From contig OY970175.1 of NCBI GenBank assembly GCA_963707865.1, forward strand, positions 694,028 to 758,027: a stretch of 64,000 nucleotides of DNA, in the 5' to 3' direction. The translations under genes and the position numbers were made by a program. Each line of letters begins with the position of its first letter. Positions within the stretch are counted from its first letter, which is position 1. A model generated the notes under the pieces. It was not told the DNA's origin. It was given only the letters and a program-made list of their open reading frames with translations, and did not search any database. Origin of the DNA: an uncultured bacterium. Its GTDB lineage: Bacteria; Patescibacteriota; Minisyncoccia; UBA6257; 2-01-FULL-56-20. Positions 10,320 through 19,825 of this stretch are shown one piece after another.

Positions 10320-11030
10320 TCATATTGGCTTACAGATAAAATCCTCCTCGGCATCATGCCGCAGCTCGCAATGGTATGGGGCAATTGAGTTCAGAACAAG
10401 AGGAAGTTCCACCTTGTCGGTGTTCCGGTGATATGCGGACATGGCTATGATGGGCTTGTTTTTCTTTATGGTTTCCGCCGCGCCTTTCAGGACATTTGCT
10501 TCGGAACCCTCCACGTCCATTTTCAAGAAGTCCATTGGGATATCGAGGGAATCTATGGTCTTCATGGGAACGGGAGTACCGCCATGTCCAATGTAATTTC
10601 CATCCTCTAGGCCCCTGCACTCTATAGACGCTGCGCGATCGCTTCTCGGCACCCTAACCAAGGATGCAGTGCCGTTGAAATCGCCCAATACGCAGTTAAA
10701 GCATTTGATGTTCAAATAATTTTTCGTATTCTCCCGAAGAACATCAAACGTCTTTGGAGTCGGTTCAAAAGCGTAGATTGTGCAATCGGGATGTTTCTGC
10801 GCCGCAAAGACAGAGAATACGCCAATGTTCGCCCCCGCATCCACTACCGCGGCATTCGGCTTGATAAGTTCCACATGGTACTGGTTTTGGGTGATAATCT
10901 GAAAAATATGCCCTCTTAAGCTTTTTGGTCGCCAGATTTGGGGAAACATCATTCCGAGAGTTTGGAAAAAAGTAAGTTTTCCATCGAAGAACCACCCCCA
11001 AGCCATGATTCTTGCTTTGATATGTTTCAT
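10320..11030 (-). CDS. FkbM family methyltransferase
   Basis: VVDAGANIG, YAFEP, FLKMDVEGSE. Confidence 0.9.
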   Translation of the reverse strand: MKHIKARIMAWGWFFDGKLTFFQTLGMMFPQIWRPKSLRGHIFQIITQNQYHVELIKPNAAVVDAGANIGVFSVFAAQKHPDCTIYAFEPTPKTFDVLRENTKNYLNIKCFNCVLGDFNGTASLVRVPRSDRAASIECRGLEDGNYIGHGGTPVPMKTIDSLDIPMDFLKMDVEGSEANVLKGAAETIKKNKPIIAMSAYHRNTDKVELPLVLNSIAPYHCELRHDAEEDFICKPI

Positions 11031-11091
11031 GCCGTTTTTACCATAGCCAGATCCCGATGATGCTTATTTTCTGCCTCATATTTCCCTGCGC

Positions 11092-11745
11092 CTATTTTGT
11101 CTGAACGCCCCTGGAAGAGGTTGCTTGCGATTGCGAGAGCATTGATCCGAGTGCTGCCTGTACGCTCGCGTCGCTCGGCCAATTGGAAAGGATCTTCTGC
11201 CCGATGGCGATCGCGTCAGTCGTATCTCCCGAGGCCCGGTAGAGGCCAAAAAGACCGTAGAGCGTCTGCGGGCGGTTGGGGCCAAGCGCAAGCCCTTCCA
11301 GATAATACTGCTTCGCGGCATTGAGGAACGAAGTGTCCTCCGTCCCCGCGAACGCCAATTCGTTCATGGCTCCTTCAAGATAGACGTCTTGCCCGAAACT
11401 CATTCCCTTGCCGCGCGCGATGATGGGGTCGTAGTAACTTTGCACAAAGCCGACGATGGCGGCCACCGTTGACGTGGAACCGACTCCGCGCTGCAAGAGC
11501 CCGAGGACGCTGTTCGCTGTGTTTCGCACGAGCTCTTCCTGGCCGATGGGCGAAGGATAATCAAGCGGCGCGGCGAGACGGCCCTCAAAATCCTGGAGCG
11601 AGGTGGGCGGCTGGGACTGGAAACTTCCCAGCGTATTGATAAAGAGCTCGGCCTTCCGGAGCGGCAGATACGAACCGTATGCGGCGACGGCGAGAATGAT
11701 GATCGCGAGCGCCGTAGCGATAGTTCCCTTGACAGTCCTATCCAT
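11092..11745 (-). CDS. Membrane-anchored TPR-like protein (partner of the O-antigen ligase)
   Basis: ATG within CACCATGGATAG overlaps the upstream stop; N-terminal TM helix; helical C-terminus AKQYYLEGLALGPNRPQTLYGL. Confidence 0.65.
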   Translation of the reverse strand: MDRTVKGTIATALAIIILAVAAYGSYLPLRKAELFINTLGSFQSQPPTSLQDFEGRLAAPLDYPSPIGQEELVRNTANSVLGLLQRGVGSTSTVAAIVGFVQSYYDPIIARGKGMSFGQDVYLEGAMNELAFAGTEDTSFLNAAKQYYLEGLALGPNRPQTLYGLFGLYRASGDTTDAIAIGQKILSNWPSDASVQAALGSMLSQSQATSSRGVQTK

Positions 11746-13222
11746 GGTGTTGGCGTTGACTATGATTCGCATGTTGCTCGGATCTTTCGTAAAAATAATA
11801 GTAGGCGAATCCCAAGAAGAGGAACAGGCAAAGGTACATCGGGAGCACATCAAAGATAGCGACGCCCTGCACCAAGTAGGCCACCGGCATTGCAAGGAGC
11901 AAACCGCGCTCCACGATCCCCGACGATGCCGCCCGAACGGCCTCGCCTTTCTTTGAAAAGAATTCCCACGCGAAGACGAAAAAGATGGAGAGGTAGCTCA
12001 AGAGCCCGAGCGCGCCGGTCTCCGCGAGATAATCAAAGAAAACGCTGTGCGCGCGGTCAAACCACGTTTCGCTGTTTTGGCCCGGCGTGAAGAAACGCGG
12101 ATCAAAATACTTGTCGTAGACCGCGGTGAAGTTCTCCGGACCCCATCCGAGAACCGGCCGCTCCAAGAACCCTTTCCACGCTTCGCCCCAGACCCAGAAC
12201 CGCGTCTGGGCAGTTGAATCAGAAAAGCTGATCTGCAAAAGCCGTCCACCGGGCAGAGTTTGCACTAAATTGGAGTTCCGCAACGAATAAACGGTCCCGG
12301 CGAACGCGATAAGAAGGATAAGTGCAATGAGCGACCATTTTCGGAAAGAACCGCGGCCGGCAAAGATGAAATACAGCACGAGGGCAAATAATCCCGCACC
12401 GAAGCCGAGCTCGGCACCGCGCGTCTGGCTCAAATAAAAGAAAATAAAGAGTATGAAGATAAGCGCCCCATAGCCAACATGGGACCACATTTTCATTGCA
12501 CCCGCTGCTTTCCTTCTAATCCAAAGGTATCCGGCATAGAACATAGAAAACATGAGATACGGCGCGACGTACGCGGGATTTCCGAGCGAACCCTGGAAAC
12601 GCCCGTCTATAAGCTTGTGCCACCACCCCGAGGGCGCACCCCCGCTCGTATAGGGCCCAATGAACCCGGAGAATAGAAAGTTTCCCCCAAGGCCGTAGAG
12701 GATCATAAGAACCGCCGCCGCAAGCGAAAATTTGAAAATATTTTTCCATTCTTTTTCGGTGCGCAGCAAAAGCACGAGGAGCAGGAAGAAGAGATAGTAG
12801 TGGATCATCTGGAAACCGCCTTCCCCACGCTCATAGTTGGCCCAAAACGCCGCATGCACGTCATACGCGAAGAGGCATGCAAGGAGGAACATAAACACGA
12901 ACGCGGAGACGGCGATCACGAGCGGTTTCTTAAATGCCGTCCGGAGATGCGTCATCAACTCGCCTTCCCGCATCTCAAATGCCCATGCTAAAATGAAGAA
13001 AATAAGCGCAAGCTCAATCGCAAACCTGAAAAAATAATCCTTCCCGCCGATGAAGGGAAAAAATATTGAATTCATCACGATGACGACCGCGAACACCGCG
13101 ACGTAGAGATACCATTTCGCGATGCGGCGGAGAGAAATGCCAAAAAGTTTCGCCACGATGCCGAGAATGGGCAATGCAACGATGACCGCGAGCGCTTCTG
13201 GGTGGTTAATGATGGTGTCCAT
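11738..13222 (-). CDS. O-antigen ligase/Wzy_C family protein
   Basis: Multi-TM; GSLGNPAYVA, SQTRGA, RFWVWGEAWKGFLERPVLGWGPENF, DRAHS. Confidence 0.88.
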   Translation of the reverse strand: MDTIINHPEALAVIVALPILGIVAKLFGISLRRIAKWYLYVAVFAVVIVMNSIFFPFIGGKDYFFRFAIELALIFFILAWAFEMREGELMTHLRTAFKKPLVIAVSAFVFMFLLACLFAYDVHAAFWANYERGEGGFQMIHYYLFFLLLVLLLRTEKEWKNIFKFSLAAAVLMILYGLGGNFLFSGFIGPYTSGGAPSGWWHKLIDGRFQGSLGNPAYVAPYLMFSMFYAGYLWIRRKAAGAMKMWSHVGYGALIFILFIFFYLSQTRGAELGFGAGLFALVLYFIFAGRGSFRKWSLIALILLIAFAGTVYSLRNSNLVQTLPGGRLLQISFSDSTAQTRFWVWGEAWKGFLERPVLGWGPENFTAVYDKYFDPRFFTPGQNSETWFDRAHSVFFDYLAETGALGLLSYLSIFFVFAWEFFSKKGEAVRAASSGIVERGLLLAMPVAYLVQGVAIFDVLPMYLCLFLFLGFAYYYFYERSEQHANHSQRQHHG

Positions 13223-13230
13223 AACAACGG

Positions 13231-14727
13231 CTAACGGGCGTATTCCACGGCCCGTATTTCCCGGATGACGTTCACTTTGATCTCTCCTGGATATTGTAAC
13301 TCGGATTGTATCCGGTTCGCAATCTCCCGCGCAAGTTCAAGCGCACGGAAGTCATCTATCTTTTCGGGCACCACGAACACGCGGAGTTCGCGGCCTGCGG
13401 AGATAGCATAGGCCTGCTTCACGCCCTGAAACTCCGAGGCAATCTTCTCAAGGTCGGCGAGACGCTTCACGTAATTCTCAAGCGTCCCGCGCCGCGCGCC
13501 GGGCCGCGCCGCCGAGAGCACATCCGCCGCAGCTACGATGAACGCTTCCGGCCGCGCATAGGGATAATCATCGTGGTGGGATTGCATCGCCTCAATAACA
13601 CGCTCGTCAATGTTGTACTTTTTGAGGAGTTTCATGCCGAGGTCTACGTGTGTCCCCTCCACCTCCTGATCAATTGCTTTGCCAATGTCGTGGAGAAACG
13701 CCCCTTTCTTCGCAACCTCCGCATTCAACCCGAGCTCGCGGGCCATCATTTCCGAAATATACGCCATCTCAACAGAATGCGTGAGTACGTTCTGGCCGAA
13801 GCTTGCCCGGAAATGCAGCCGGCCAACCATCTGTAAAATCTCCTTCGGCATGTCAAAAATGCCGAGGTCTTGCGCTGCCGCCTCGCCGATCTCCTGCGTG
13901 CGCTTACCGAGCTCTGTTTTCGCCTCCTCCACTTTCTCCTCAATCTTTGCGGGCTGGATGCGGCCGTCTTTGATCAAGCGCTCCAGCGCAATCCGCGCCA
14001 CTTCGCGGCGATAGGGATCAAATGAAGAAATAATGATCGCCTCCGGTGCCTCGTCAATGATGAATTCCACCCCCGTTGCGCGCTCCAAAGCCCTGATATT
14101 CCTCCCCTCGCGGCCAATGATCTTTCCCTTCAGGTCATCGTCGCTCAAAGGTAACAGCGTGGTCGTAATCTCCGACACGTGCGAGCGCGCATAGCGCTGG
14201 AGCGCGGTCGTTATAACTTCCGCCGTTTTCTTCTCGATCTCGTCTTGCCCTTCGCGGTCCATCTTCTGAACAAGCTGCGCCAAGTCCTGCGCCCGGTTCT
14301 CCTTCACGCGGCGTATAATTTCCTCCTTCGCCTCCTCCGCGGAAAGTTTCCCGATCTTTTCCAACTGTGATTGGACCTCGGCTTCCCCCGTTTTTAATTT
14401 CTCTTCGCGGGTGCGGAGTTTCCCCTCTTCGGCGGAAAGCTCCTCCGATCGCTTCTCAAACGTTTCCTCTTTTTTGAGGAGGCGGCTCTCCAACGCATCA
14501 ATTTCCTTCCTGTGCTCCTTTTCCTCGCTTTTGATATCAACCAAAAGCGAGGCGGCCTTGTCCTTTGCCTCTACGACAATCTCTTTCGCTTTGGCTTCCG
14601 CCTCAGCAAGATCCTTTTTTATTTTTTCTTCTACGTTCCCGAGCCGACTAGCCGCCCAATACCGACGGACGAAGTACCCTACTGCAATGCCAAAAACCGC
14701 CGCAACGAGCGGTATAAGTGCGTTCAT
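13231..14727 (-). CDS. rny: Ribonuclease Y
   Basis: N-terminal TM plus coiled coil, KH motif KGKIIGREGRNIR, HD motif LHDIGK, SAARPGAR. Confidence 0.97.
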   Translation of the reverse strand: MNALIPLVAAVFGIAVGYFVRRYWAASRLGNVEEKIKKDLAEAEAKAKEIVVEAKDKAASLLVDIKSEEKEHRKEIDALESRLLKKEETFEKRSEELSAEEGKLRTREEKLKTGEAEVQSQLEKIGKLSAEEAKEEIIRRVKENRAQDLAQLVQKMDREGQDEIEKKTAEVITTALQRYARSHVSEITTTLLPLSDDDLKGKIIGREGRNIRALERATGVEFIIDEAPEAIIISSFDPYRREVARIALERLIKDGRIQPAKIEEKVEEAKTELGKRTQEIGEAAAQDLGIFDMPKEILQMVGRLHFRASFGQNVLTHSVEMAYISEMMARELGLNAEVAKKGAFLHDIGKAIDQEVEGTHVDLGMKLLKKYNIDERVIEAMQSHHDDYPYARPEAFIVAAADVLSAARPGARRGTLENYVKRLADLEKIASEFQGVKQAYAISAGRELRVFVVPEKIDDFRALELAREIANRIQSELQYPGEIKVNVIREIRAVEYAR

Positions 14728-14803
14728 AGTTAATGTTATTGAAGTATTTCATTTTAGGGACTTTTAATTATTACTATAATACAATACCGCGCCAGGCAAA
14801 TAC

Positions 14804-14833
14804 TTGTCAATTAAATTCTGCCTTTGCTATAAT
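14804..14833 (+). promoter_or_regulatory. Sigma70-type promoter
   Basis: TTGTCA (14804-14809), 18-nt spacer, TGcTATAAT (hexamer 14828-14833). Confidence 0.6.
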
Positions 14834-14839
14834 GGCAGT

Positions 14840-14906
14840 ACAGCTGGTGGGAAGGGTTCCAGTCGCGCGCTGGACTGGCATAAAAGATCCGGAAACGGGT
14901 CTTTTG
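14840..14906 (+). ncRNA. Candidate ~65-nt small RNA
   Basis: Lies between a strong promoter and intrinsic terminator AAAAGATCCG-GAAA-CGGGTCTTTT; internal hairpin CCAGTC...GACTGG. Confidence 0.4.
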
Positions 14907-14957
14907 TGTTTTCGCACAGCGTTCGCGCGACCGCGCGCGCGCGGTTATAATAGAACC

Positions 14958-16493
14958 ATGGCAAAGAAAACAACCGTCCTCATTGTCCTTGACGGCTGGG
15001 GCATCGGCCACAACAGCGAATCAAATCCGATCTATGTCGTGAAGCCGCCGGTGTTTGAATGGCTAAGAAACAATTATCCAATGACGAGCTTGCAAGCGTC
15101 GGGGATCGCGATCGGACTCCCCTGGGGCGAGGTCGGCAACAGCGAGGTTGGGCATCTCACGCTCGGCGCCGGCAAAGTCCTTTATCAGTATTATCCGAAG
15201 ATTATGATGGCCATCCGGGACGGGACCTTTTTCCAAAATCCGGTGCTCAAGGCGGCCTGCGCTCACGCACGGGAGCATAATGCCGCGATAAATTTCCTTG
15301 GGCTTCTCACGAAAGCCAACGTGCATGCTGCACTTGATCATTTGAAGGCGCTCATCAAAATGGCTCAGGCGGAACAGGTACCGAAGATCAATCTGCATCT
15401 CTTTGCCGACGGGAAGGACAGCCCGCTGCACACTGTGGAAAGTTTCCTCGGCGAACTGCCGCGCGAATATCTTGCTTCCCTCATCGGCCGATACTACGCC
15501 ATGGACCGGAACGGAACCTGGCAGCTCACGGAAACCGCCTATGACACCGTGACGGGCCAAGCGGGGAGGGTGGTGGATGATCCCGCGCCCATCATTAAGG
15601 CTACCTACCAAGAAAGCGGCACGGAGGAATATCTCCCGCCGATGCGCTTTGGAGAAGACAAGAAAATTCAGGATGGCGACGCCGTCATTTTCTTCAATTA
15701 CCGCGAGGATAGCATCCGGCAGCTCGCGTCGTCATTCATATTGAAAGATTTTGACAAATTCCCGACGCTCAAGTTCCAAAATCTATACGTTGCAACGATG
15801 AGCCACTATGATGACACATTCAACGTCCCCGTCATCTACCCCGCCGACATTGTGGAAAATCCCATCGGAAAAGTGATCTCCGACCTAGGCATGGTCCAGC
15901 TTCGTCTTGCCGAAACTTATAAATATGCGCACGTTACCTATTTCTTCAACGGCCTCCGCGAGCCGCCGTTCAAAGGAGAATACCGCACGCTCATCCCTTC
16001 AAACTCCAGCCTCCACCCCGAGGAACATCCGGAAATGATGGCGGGGGCGGTCACCGACCGGCTCCTTGAGGCGATTCAAAACAAAACGTTTGACTTTATC
16101 CTCGTCAATTACGCCAATCCCGACACCATCGGCCACACCGCCGATTACAACGCGGCCCTGGAAGCCGTGCGGGTTATTGACCGAGAAATCGGCCGCATCC
16201 TCAAGGTCGCGATAAACCCAGACACCATCCTCGCTATCACAAGCGATCACGGCCACATTGAGGAAATGATCAGTCCCGTGACAGGGCTTCCCGAGAGCCA
16301 GCATGCATCAAGTCCCGTGCCGCTTCATTTTGTCGCAGACCAATACCGAGGCAGAAAATTCATCAACGCTGATATACTTGAAGCCGAAACGCTCGGCTCT
16401 CTCGCCGACGTCGCCCCCACCCTCCTTGAAGCAATGGGCATAGAAAAACCAGCCGAGATGACCGGCCGCAGCCTGCTGGACCAGATCGCATAG
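14958..16493 (+). CDS. gpmI: 2,3-bisphosphoglycerate-independent phosphoglycerate mutase
   Basis: LIVLDGWG, GNSEVGH, IGRYYAMDR, AETYKYAHVTYFFNG, NPDTIGH, SDHG. Confidence 0.96.
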   Translation: MAKKTTVLIVLDGWGIGHNSESNPIYVVKPPVFEWLRNNYPMTSLQASGIAIGLPWGEVGNSEVGHLTLGAGKVLYQYYPKIMMAIRDGTFFQNPVLKAACAHAREHNAAINFLGLLTKANVHAALDHLKALIKMAQAEQVPKINLHLFADGKDSPLHTVESFLGELPREYLASLIGRYYAMDRNGTWQLTETAYDTVTGQAGRVVDDPAPIIKATYQESGTEEYLPPMRFGEDKKIQDGDAVIFFNYREDSIRQLASSFILKDFDKFPTLKFQNLYVATMSHYDDTFNVPVIYPADIVENPIGKVISDLGMVQLRLAETYKYAHVTYFFNGLREPPFKGEYRTLIPSNSSLHPEEHPEMMAGAVTDRLLEAIQNKTFDFILVNYANPDTIGHTADYNAALEAVRVIDREIGRILKVAINPDTILAITSDHGHIEEMISPVTGLPESQHASSPVPLHFVADQYRGRKFINADILEAETLGSLADVAPTLLEAMGIEKPAEMTGRSLLDQIA

Positions 16494-16574
16494 CGATCTC
16501 CCGCCAGAGAAAACGACCGCGACCCTTACGGGAGGAAATCCTTGGCGCCTACCGCGTGGTATAATAAATCCGTT

Positions 16575-16943
16575 ATGCACTGGCTCGCGCGCATCGTCCT
16601 CGTGATCGCCGGCAACGCCCTTGCCCTCTGGCTCGCGAATACGTACGTACCCGGTTTCGTCCTGAACGCAAACTGGCTGGAGCTCATAATCATCGCGCTC
16701 ATCCTCGCCCTGCTCAATTTTGTTCTGAAGCCGCTCCTTACGCTCATCCTCGGTCCCATCATCGTGATCACGCTCGGCATCGGCGTCATCGTCGTGAACG
16801 CGATTATCGTGTATCTCCTTCCCATCGTTGCCGATCATATTGACAAGCTTCAGGGAAGTATTAGTATTCAAACCATTCCCGCGCTCATTCTCTCCACGCT
16901 TATCATAAGCGCCATCAACTTTATTATTCATCTCGCCACCTAA
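16575..16943 (+). CDS. 4-TM phage-holin-family membrane protein (YvlD-like)
   Basis: NALALWLA...ALILALLNFVLKPLL...ITLGIG..VVNAI pattern. Confidence 0.8.
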   Translation: MHWLARIVLVIAGNALALWLANTYVPGFVLNANWLELIIIALILALLNFVLKPLLTLILGPIIVITLGIGVIVVNAIIVYLLPIVADHIDKLQGSISIQTIPALILSTLIISAINFIIHLAT

Positions 16944-17159
16944 ATGATCTCCATTATCCAAATTTCCCTCGCCATCATCATCATCGCGCTTATTCTTCTC
17001 CAAGAACGCTCGTCGGGGATATCGGGGCTTTTGGGCGGCGAGGGCGGCGGGTTTTACCAGGCGCGCCGCGGGATGGAGAAGGTCATCTTCTACGCGACGA
17101 TTGTGCTCGCCGTCGCGTTTGTCGTACTCGCGGTATACCGGCTCGCCGCCCATCTGTAA
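16944..17159 (+). CDS. secG: Preprotein translocase subunit SecG
   Basis: ILLQERSSGISGLLGG...RRGMEK, two TM helices. Confidence 0.92.
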   Translation: MISIIQISLAIIIIALILLQERSSGISGLLGGEGGGFYQARRGMEKVIFYATIVLAVAFVVLAVYRLAAHL

Positions 17160-17203
17160 CCACAAACGGAGAGGCCGGGCTGCGCATTCGAGAGACACGC
17201 ATC

Positions 17204-18847
17204 ATGCAACTCCTTAAGAAAATTTTTTTTGCTTTTACGAGGAATGAGCGTATTGCGTTTTTAATTGCTGCCTCGCTTGCCGCCGCGAGCTTCGTAGTGG
17301 TCATGAGCTCGCTTGTGGTCCAGGCAACCACCGTGGTCCCCGCCGCTGGCGGAGATTATACCGAAGGAATGGTGGGACAGCCCGAATACGTGAACCCGGT
17401 TATGGCGGCGAGCGAAACCGATTTGAGTTTGGTAAAAATGATCTACAGCAATGTCTATGACATTGCCGACAACGTCGCGGTTTCGCCGGACGGAAAAACC
17501 TGGACGGTGCGACTGAAGGAGAACTTGCACTGGCAGGATGGCGAGAAGCTCACCTCCGACGATGTCATCTTCACCGTCCAGTCAATAGAAAGCGCGGATG
17601 CTAATTCCCCGCTCGCGGCAAGCTGGCAGGGCGTCGCCGTGAGCCGCGTGAGCGAACTCGTGCTCCAATTCAACCTTATCAACCCATATGCTTTCTTCGG
17701 CGACGATTTGAAAAACCTCTATGTGGTGCCTAAGCACGTTTTTGCGAATACGCCGCCCGGCAATTGGCGCCTCTCCGACTACAATTTGAGGCCCGTCGGG
17801 AGCGGCCCGTACGAATTCGTTTCATACGAAAAGCAATCTGACGGCACCATCTCGGCCTACCACCTCCGGGCGTGGGGCAATTATTTCGGTACAAAACCTC
17901 TCATTCAACATTTTGATTTCAGTTTTGCAAGCAACCTCGACGCCCTCGTGAAAAGTTTTAACGCGGGGCAAATCAACGGCATGGATAACGTCCCGCCGGA
18001 TCACCTTGCTGCGATTGAACGCCCCCATGATCTCTTCGCGTGGCGCACCTCAAGCTACTACGCGGTGTTCTTCAATCAGAGCAAAAGCCTTCCGCTCCAA
18101 GATCCCGCCGTCCGCGAAGCGCTTTCGGCCGCGGTGGATCGCAGCGCACTCGTCGCCCTCGTTTTAAACAGCAAAGGAACGCCGGAGTACGGCCCCATCC
18201 CCGAAGGCGCTCCATATTTTGTACCTGTTTCAGTGACGACCTCACTTGATTTCGCGTCGGCAACCCTTGATGCGGCGGGATGGCGCGCGGGCGCAGACGG
18301 CTTCCGCGCAAAGACCATCCAAAAAACCTCCGTGCCGCTTGTCGTGAACCTGACCGTCCCGCAGATAGATTTCCTCACGCGGACTGCACAAGCACTGCAA
18401 AGTGCATGGGAAAGCATTGGGGTCGCGGTGAACATCTCGCCCGCGGATCCGCAATCCCTCGCGGATAACACGATCAAGAACCGCGATTATGAATCGCTGC
18501 TTTTTGGGAACATCCTTGGTCCTGATTCCGATCTCAGCGCCTTCTGGGCCTCCTCACAAAGGTTCTTCCCCGGCCTCAACCTTGCAATCTATCAAAACAA
18601 GAAGGTTGACTCGCTCACTGCGGCGGCGCGCGCAGACATGAACGACGCCTCGCGGACGCAGGAATTCGCAAGTGCGGAAAACGCCATTGTCGCCGACAAT
18701 CCCGCCGTATTCCTTTATTCGCCGGACTATTTGTACGTGACCGATAAAAGCGTACGGGGCATAGCGACCGGATTCCTTTCCGATCCGTCCGACCGATTCC
18801 GAAACATCGGCGCGTGGTATTTGAACACAGCGCGGGTGCTCAAATAA
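17204..18847 (+). CDS. ABC transporter peptide-binding protein (SBP family 5)
   Basis: GGDYTEGMVGQP, WQDGEKLTSDDVIFT, PVGSGPY, VREALSAAVDR. Confidence 0.92.
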   Translation: MQLLKKIFFAFTRNERIAFLIAASLAAASFVVVMSSLVVQATTVVPAAGGDYTEGMVGQPEYVNPVMAASETDLSLVKMIYSNVYDIADNVAVSPDGKTWTVRLKENLHWQDGEKLTSDDVIFTVQSIESADANSPLAASWQGVAVSRVSELVLQFNLINPYAFFGDDLKNLYVVPKHVFANTPPGNWRLSDYNLRPVGSGPYEFVSYEKQSDGTISAYHLRAWGNYFGTKPLIQHFDFSFASNLDALVKSFNAGQINGMDNVPPDHLAAIERPHDLFAWRTSSYYAVFFNQSKSLPLQDPAVREALSAAVDRSALVALVLNSKGTPEYGPIPEGAPYFVPVSVTTSLDFASATLDAAGWRAGADGFRAKTIQKTSVPLVVNLTVPQIDFLTRTAQALQSAWESIGVAVNISPADPQSLADNTIKNRDYESLLFGNILGPDSDLSAFWASSQRFFPGLNLAIYQNKKVDSLTAAARADMNDASRTQEFASAENAIVADNPAVFLYSPDYLYVTDKSVRGIATGFLSDPSDRFRNIGAWYLNTARVLK

Positions 18848-18880
18848 ACAGTGCGGATTTTCCAATGCTTTTTGGAACTT

Positions 18881-18908
18881 AGTTCAAGTCGCAGCGCCGG
18901 AGCAGATA
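18881..18908 (+). other. Degenerate tRNA 3'-end fragment / att core copy 1
   Basis: GTTCAAGTC (T-loop-like) followed by CGCCGGAG-C (acceptor/discriminator-like); CGCCGGAGCAGATA matches repeats at 19807-19820 and 20623-20636; no 5' tRNA half upstream. Confidence 0.45.
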
Positions 18909-18994
18909 GTTTGATATCGGACAGACCGAGAGGCGTTAGAACTTTTTGAGATACTGAGTGGTAGGGTGAGATAAAATTTGCTATATTCGTAGGT

Positions 18995-19687
18995 ATGAAA
19001 ACTGCAGGAATAATCGGCGGCCTAGGGCCAGAAACAACTTCAGAATTTTATCTGGAGCTTATTTTTTCATCAAAAAAATTAAATAAAGAAAGTTACCCGC
19101 CGATTTTAATATATAGCGTTTCACTGCCATATTTAGTTGAGGAAGAAGCCATCGTTAAGGGAATTGGTGTAGAAAGGTGTCTTCCGCTTCTGATTGATGC
19201 GGCACAAAAATTGGAAATGGGTGAAGCAGATTTTTTGGCGTTGCCCTGCAATTCCCTTCATTTATTTATTAAAGACATTAGAAAGTCAGTAAAAATTCCT
19301 GTTTTGAGTATACTTGAGGAAACCACAAATTTTCTCCGAGAAAAATCAATAAAGAAGGTGGGCATTATTTCTACTGCTATCACACAAAAAAATAAACTCT
19401 ACGAACAAGCACTACAAGAAAGTGACATTGAGGTTGTTGTGCCAGATGATTTCCAGCAAGCAAGAATAGGAAAAATGATTCATAATTTAGTTTCAAATAG
19501 AAAAAGCAATAAAGATAGAGAGGAATTGATTACAATTATCAATGACTTTGAAAAGAAGGCGGTGAAAAATGTTATTCTGGCTTGCACCGACCTACAACTT
19601 TTGATTCCTCAACATCCTCATCTCAAAATCTACGACACAATGAAAATCTTAGCAGACGCCACGGTGGAACGAATTTTGAAGGGATAG
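18995..19687 (+). CDS. Aspartate/glutamate racemase family protein
   Basis: GIIGGLGPETT, LPCNSLH and ILACTDL catalytic Cys motifs; markedly AT-rich. Confidence 0.9.
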   Translation: MKTAGIIGGLGPETTSEFYLELIFSSKKLNKESYPPILIYSVSLPYLVEEEAIVKGIGVERCLPLLIDAAQKLEMGEADFLALPCNSLHLFIKDIRKSVKIPVLSILEETTNFLREKSIKKVGIISTAITQKNKLYEQALQESDIEVVVPDDFQQARIGKMIHNLVSNRKSNKDREELITIINDFEKKAVKNVILACTDLQLLIPQHPHLKIYDTMKILADATVERILKG

Positions 19688-19787
19688 AAAGTTTTTCCTC
19701 AAGTGAGTAATTTTGCCGCATTTTTGACCGGGGTAACTATATCACAAAACTTGGAATGCTGAATTTGCTGGCCTTTTGTATAAAATA

Positions 19788-19820
19788 GGTTCTCACATCG
19801 TCCAATCGCCGGAGCGGATA
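19788..19820. repeat. att-like direct repeat copy 2
   Basis: GGTTCTCACATCGTCCAATCGCCGGAGCGGATA; 27/33 identical to 20604-20636. Confidence 0.65.
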
Positions 19821-19825
19821 AAAAT

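Noticed and set aside
11092-13222. Frameshifted single O-antigen ligase-TPR gene
   Set aside because: The junction has a clean ATGGATAG start/stop overlap and no slippery tract, so two coupled genes are more parsimonious
14733-14957. N-terminal extension of gpmI in the ORF track (also smpB from 29954, and the starts at 5659, 32803, 34154 and 61086)
   Set aside because: Extensions cross promoters, terminators or neighbouring genes; homology-like sequence and -10 boxes point to downstream starts
16308-17198. Long antisense ORFs (e.g. 16308-17198, 21465-22292, 54369-55166)
   Set aside because: Shadow frames of well-supported genes in GC-rich DNA, with no motifs
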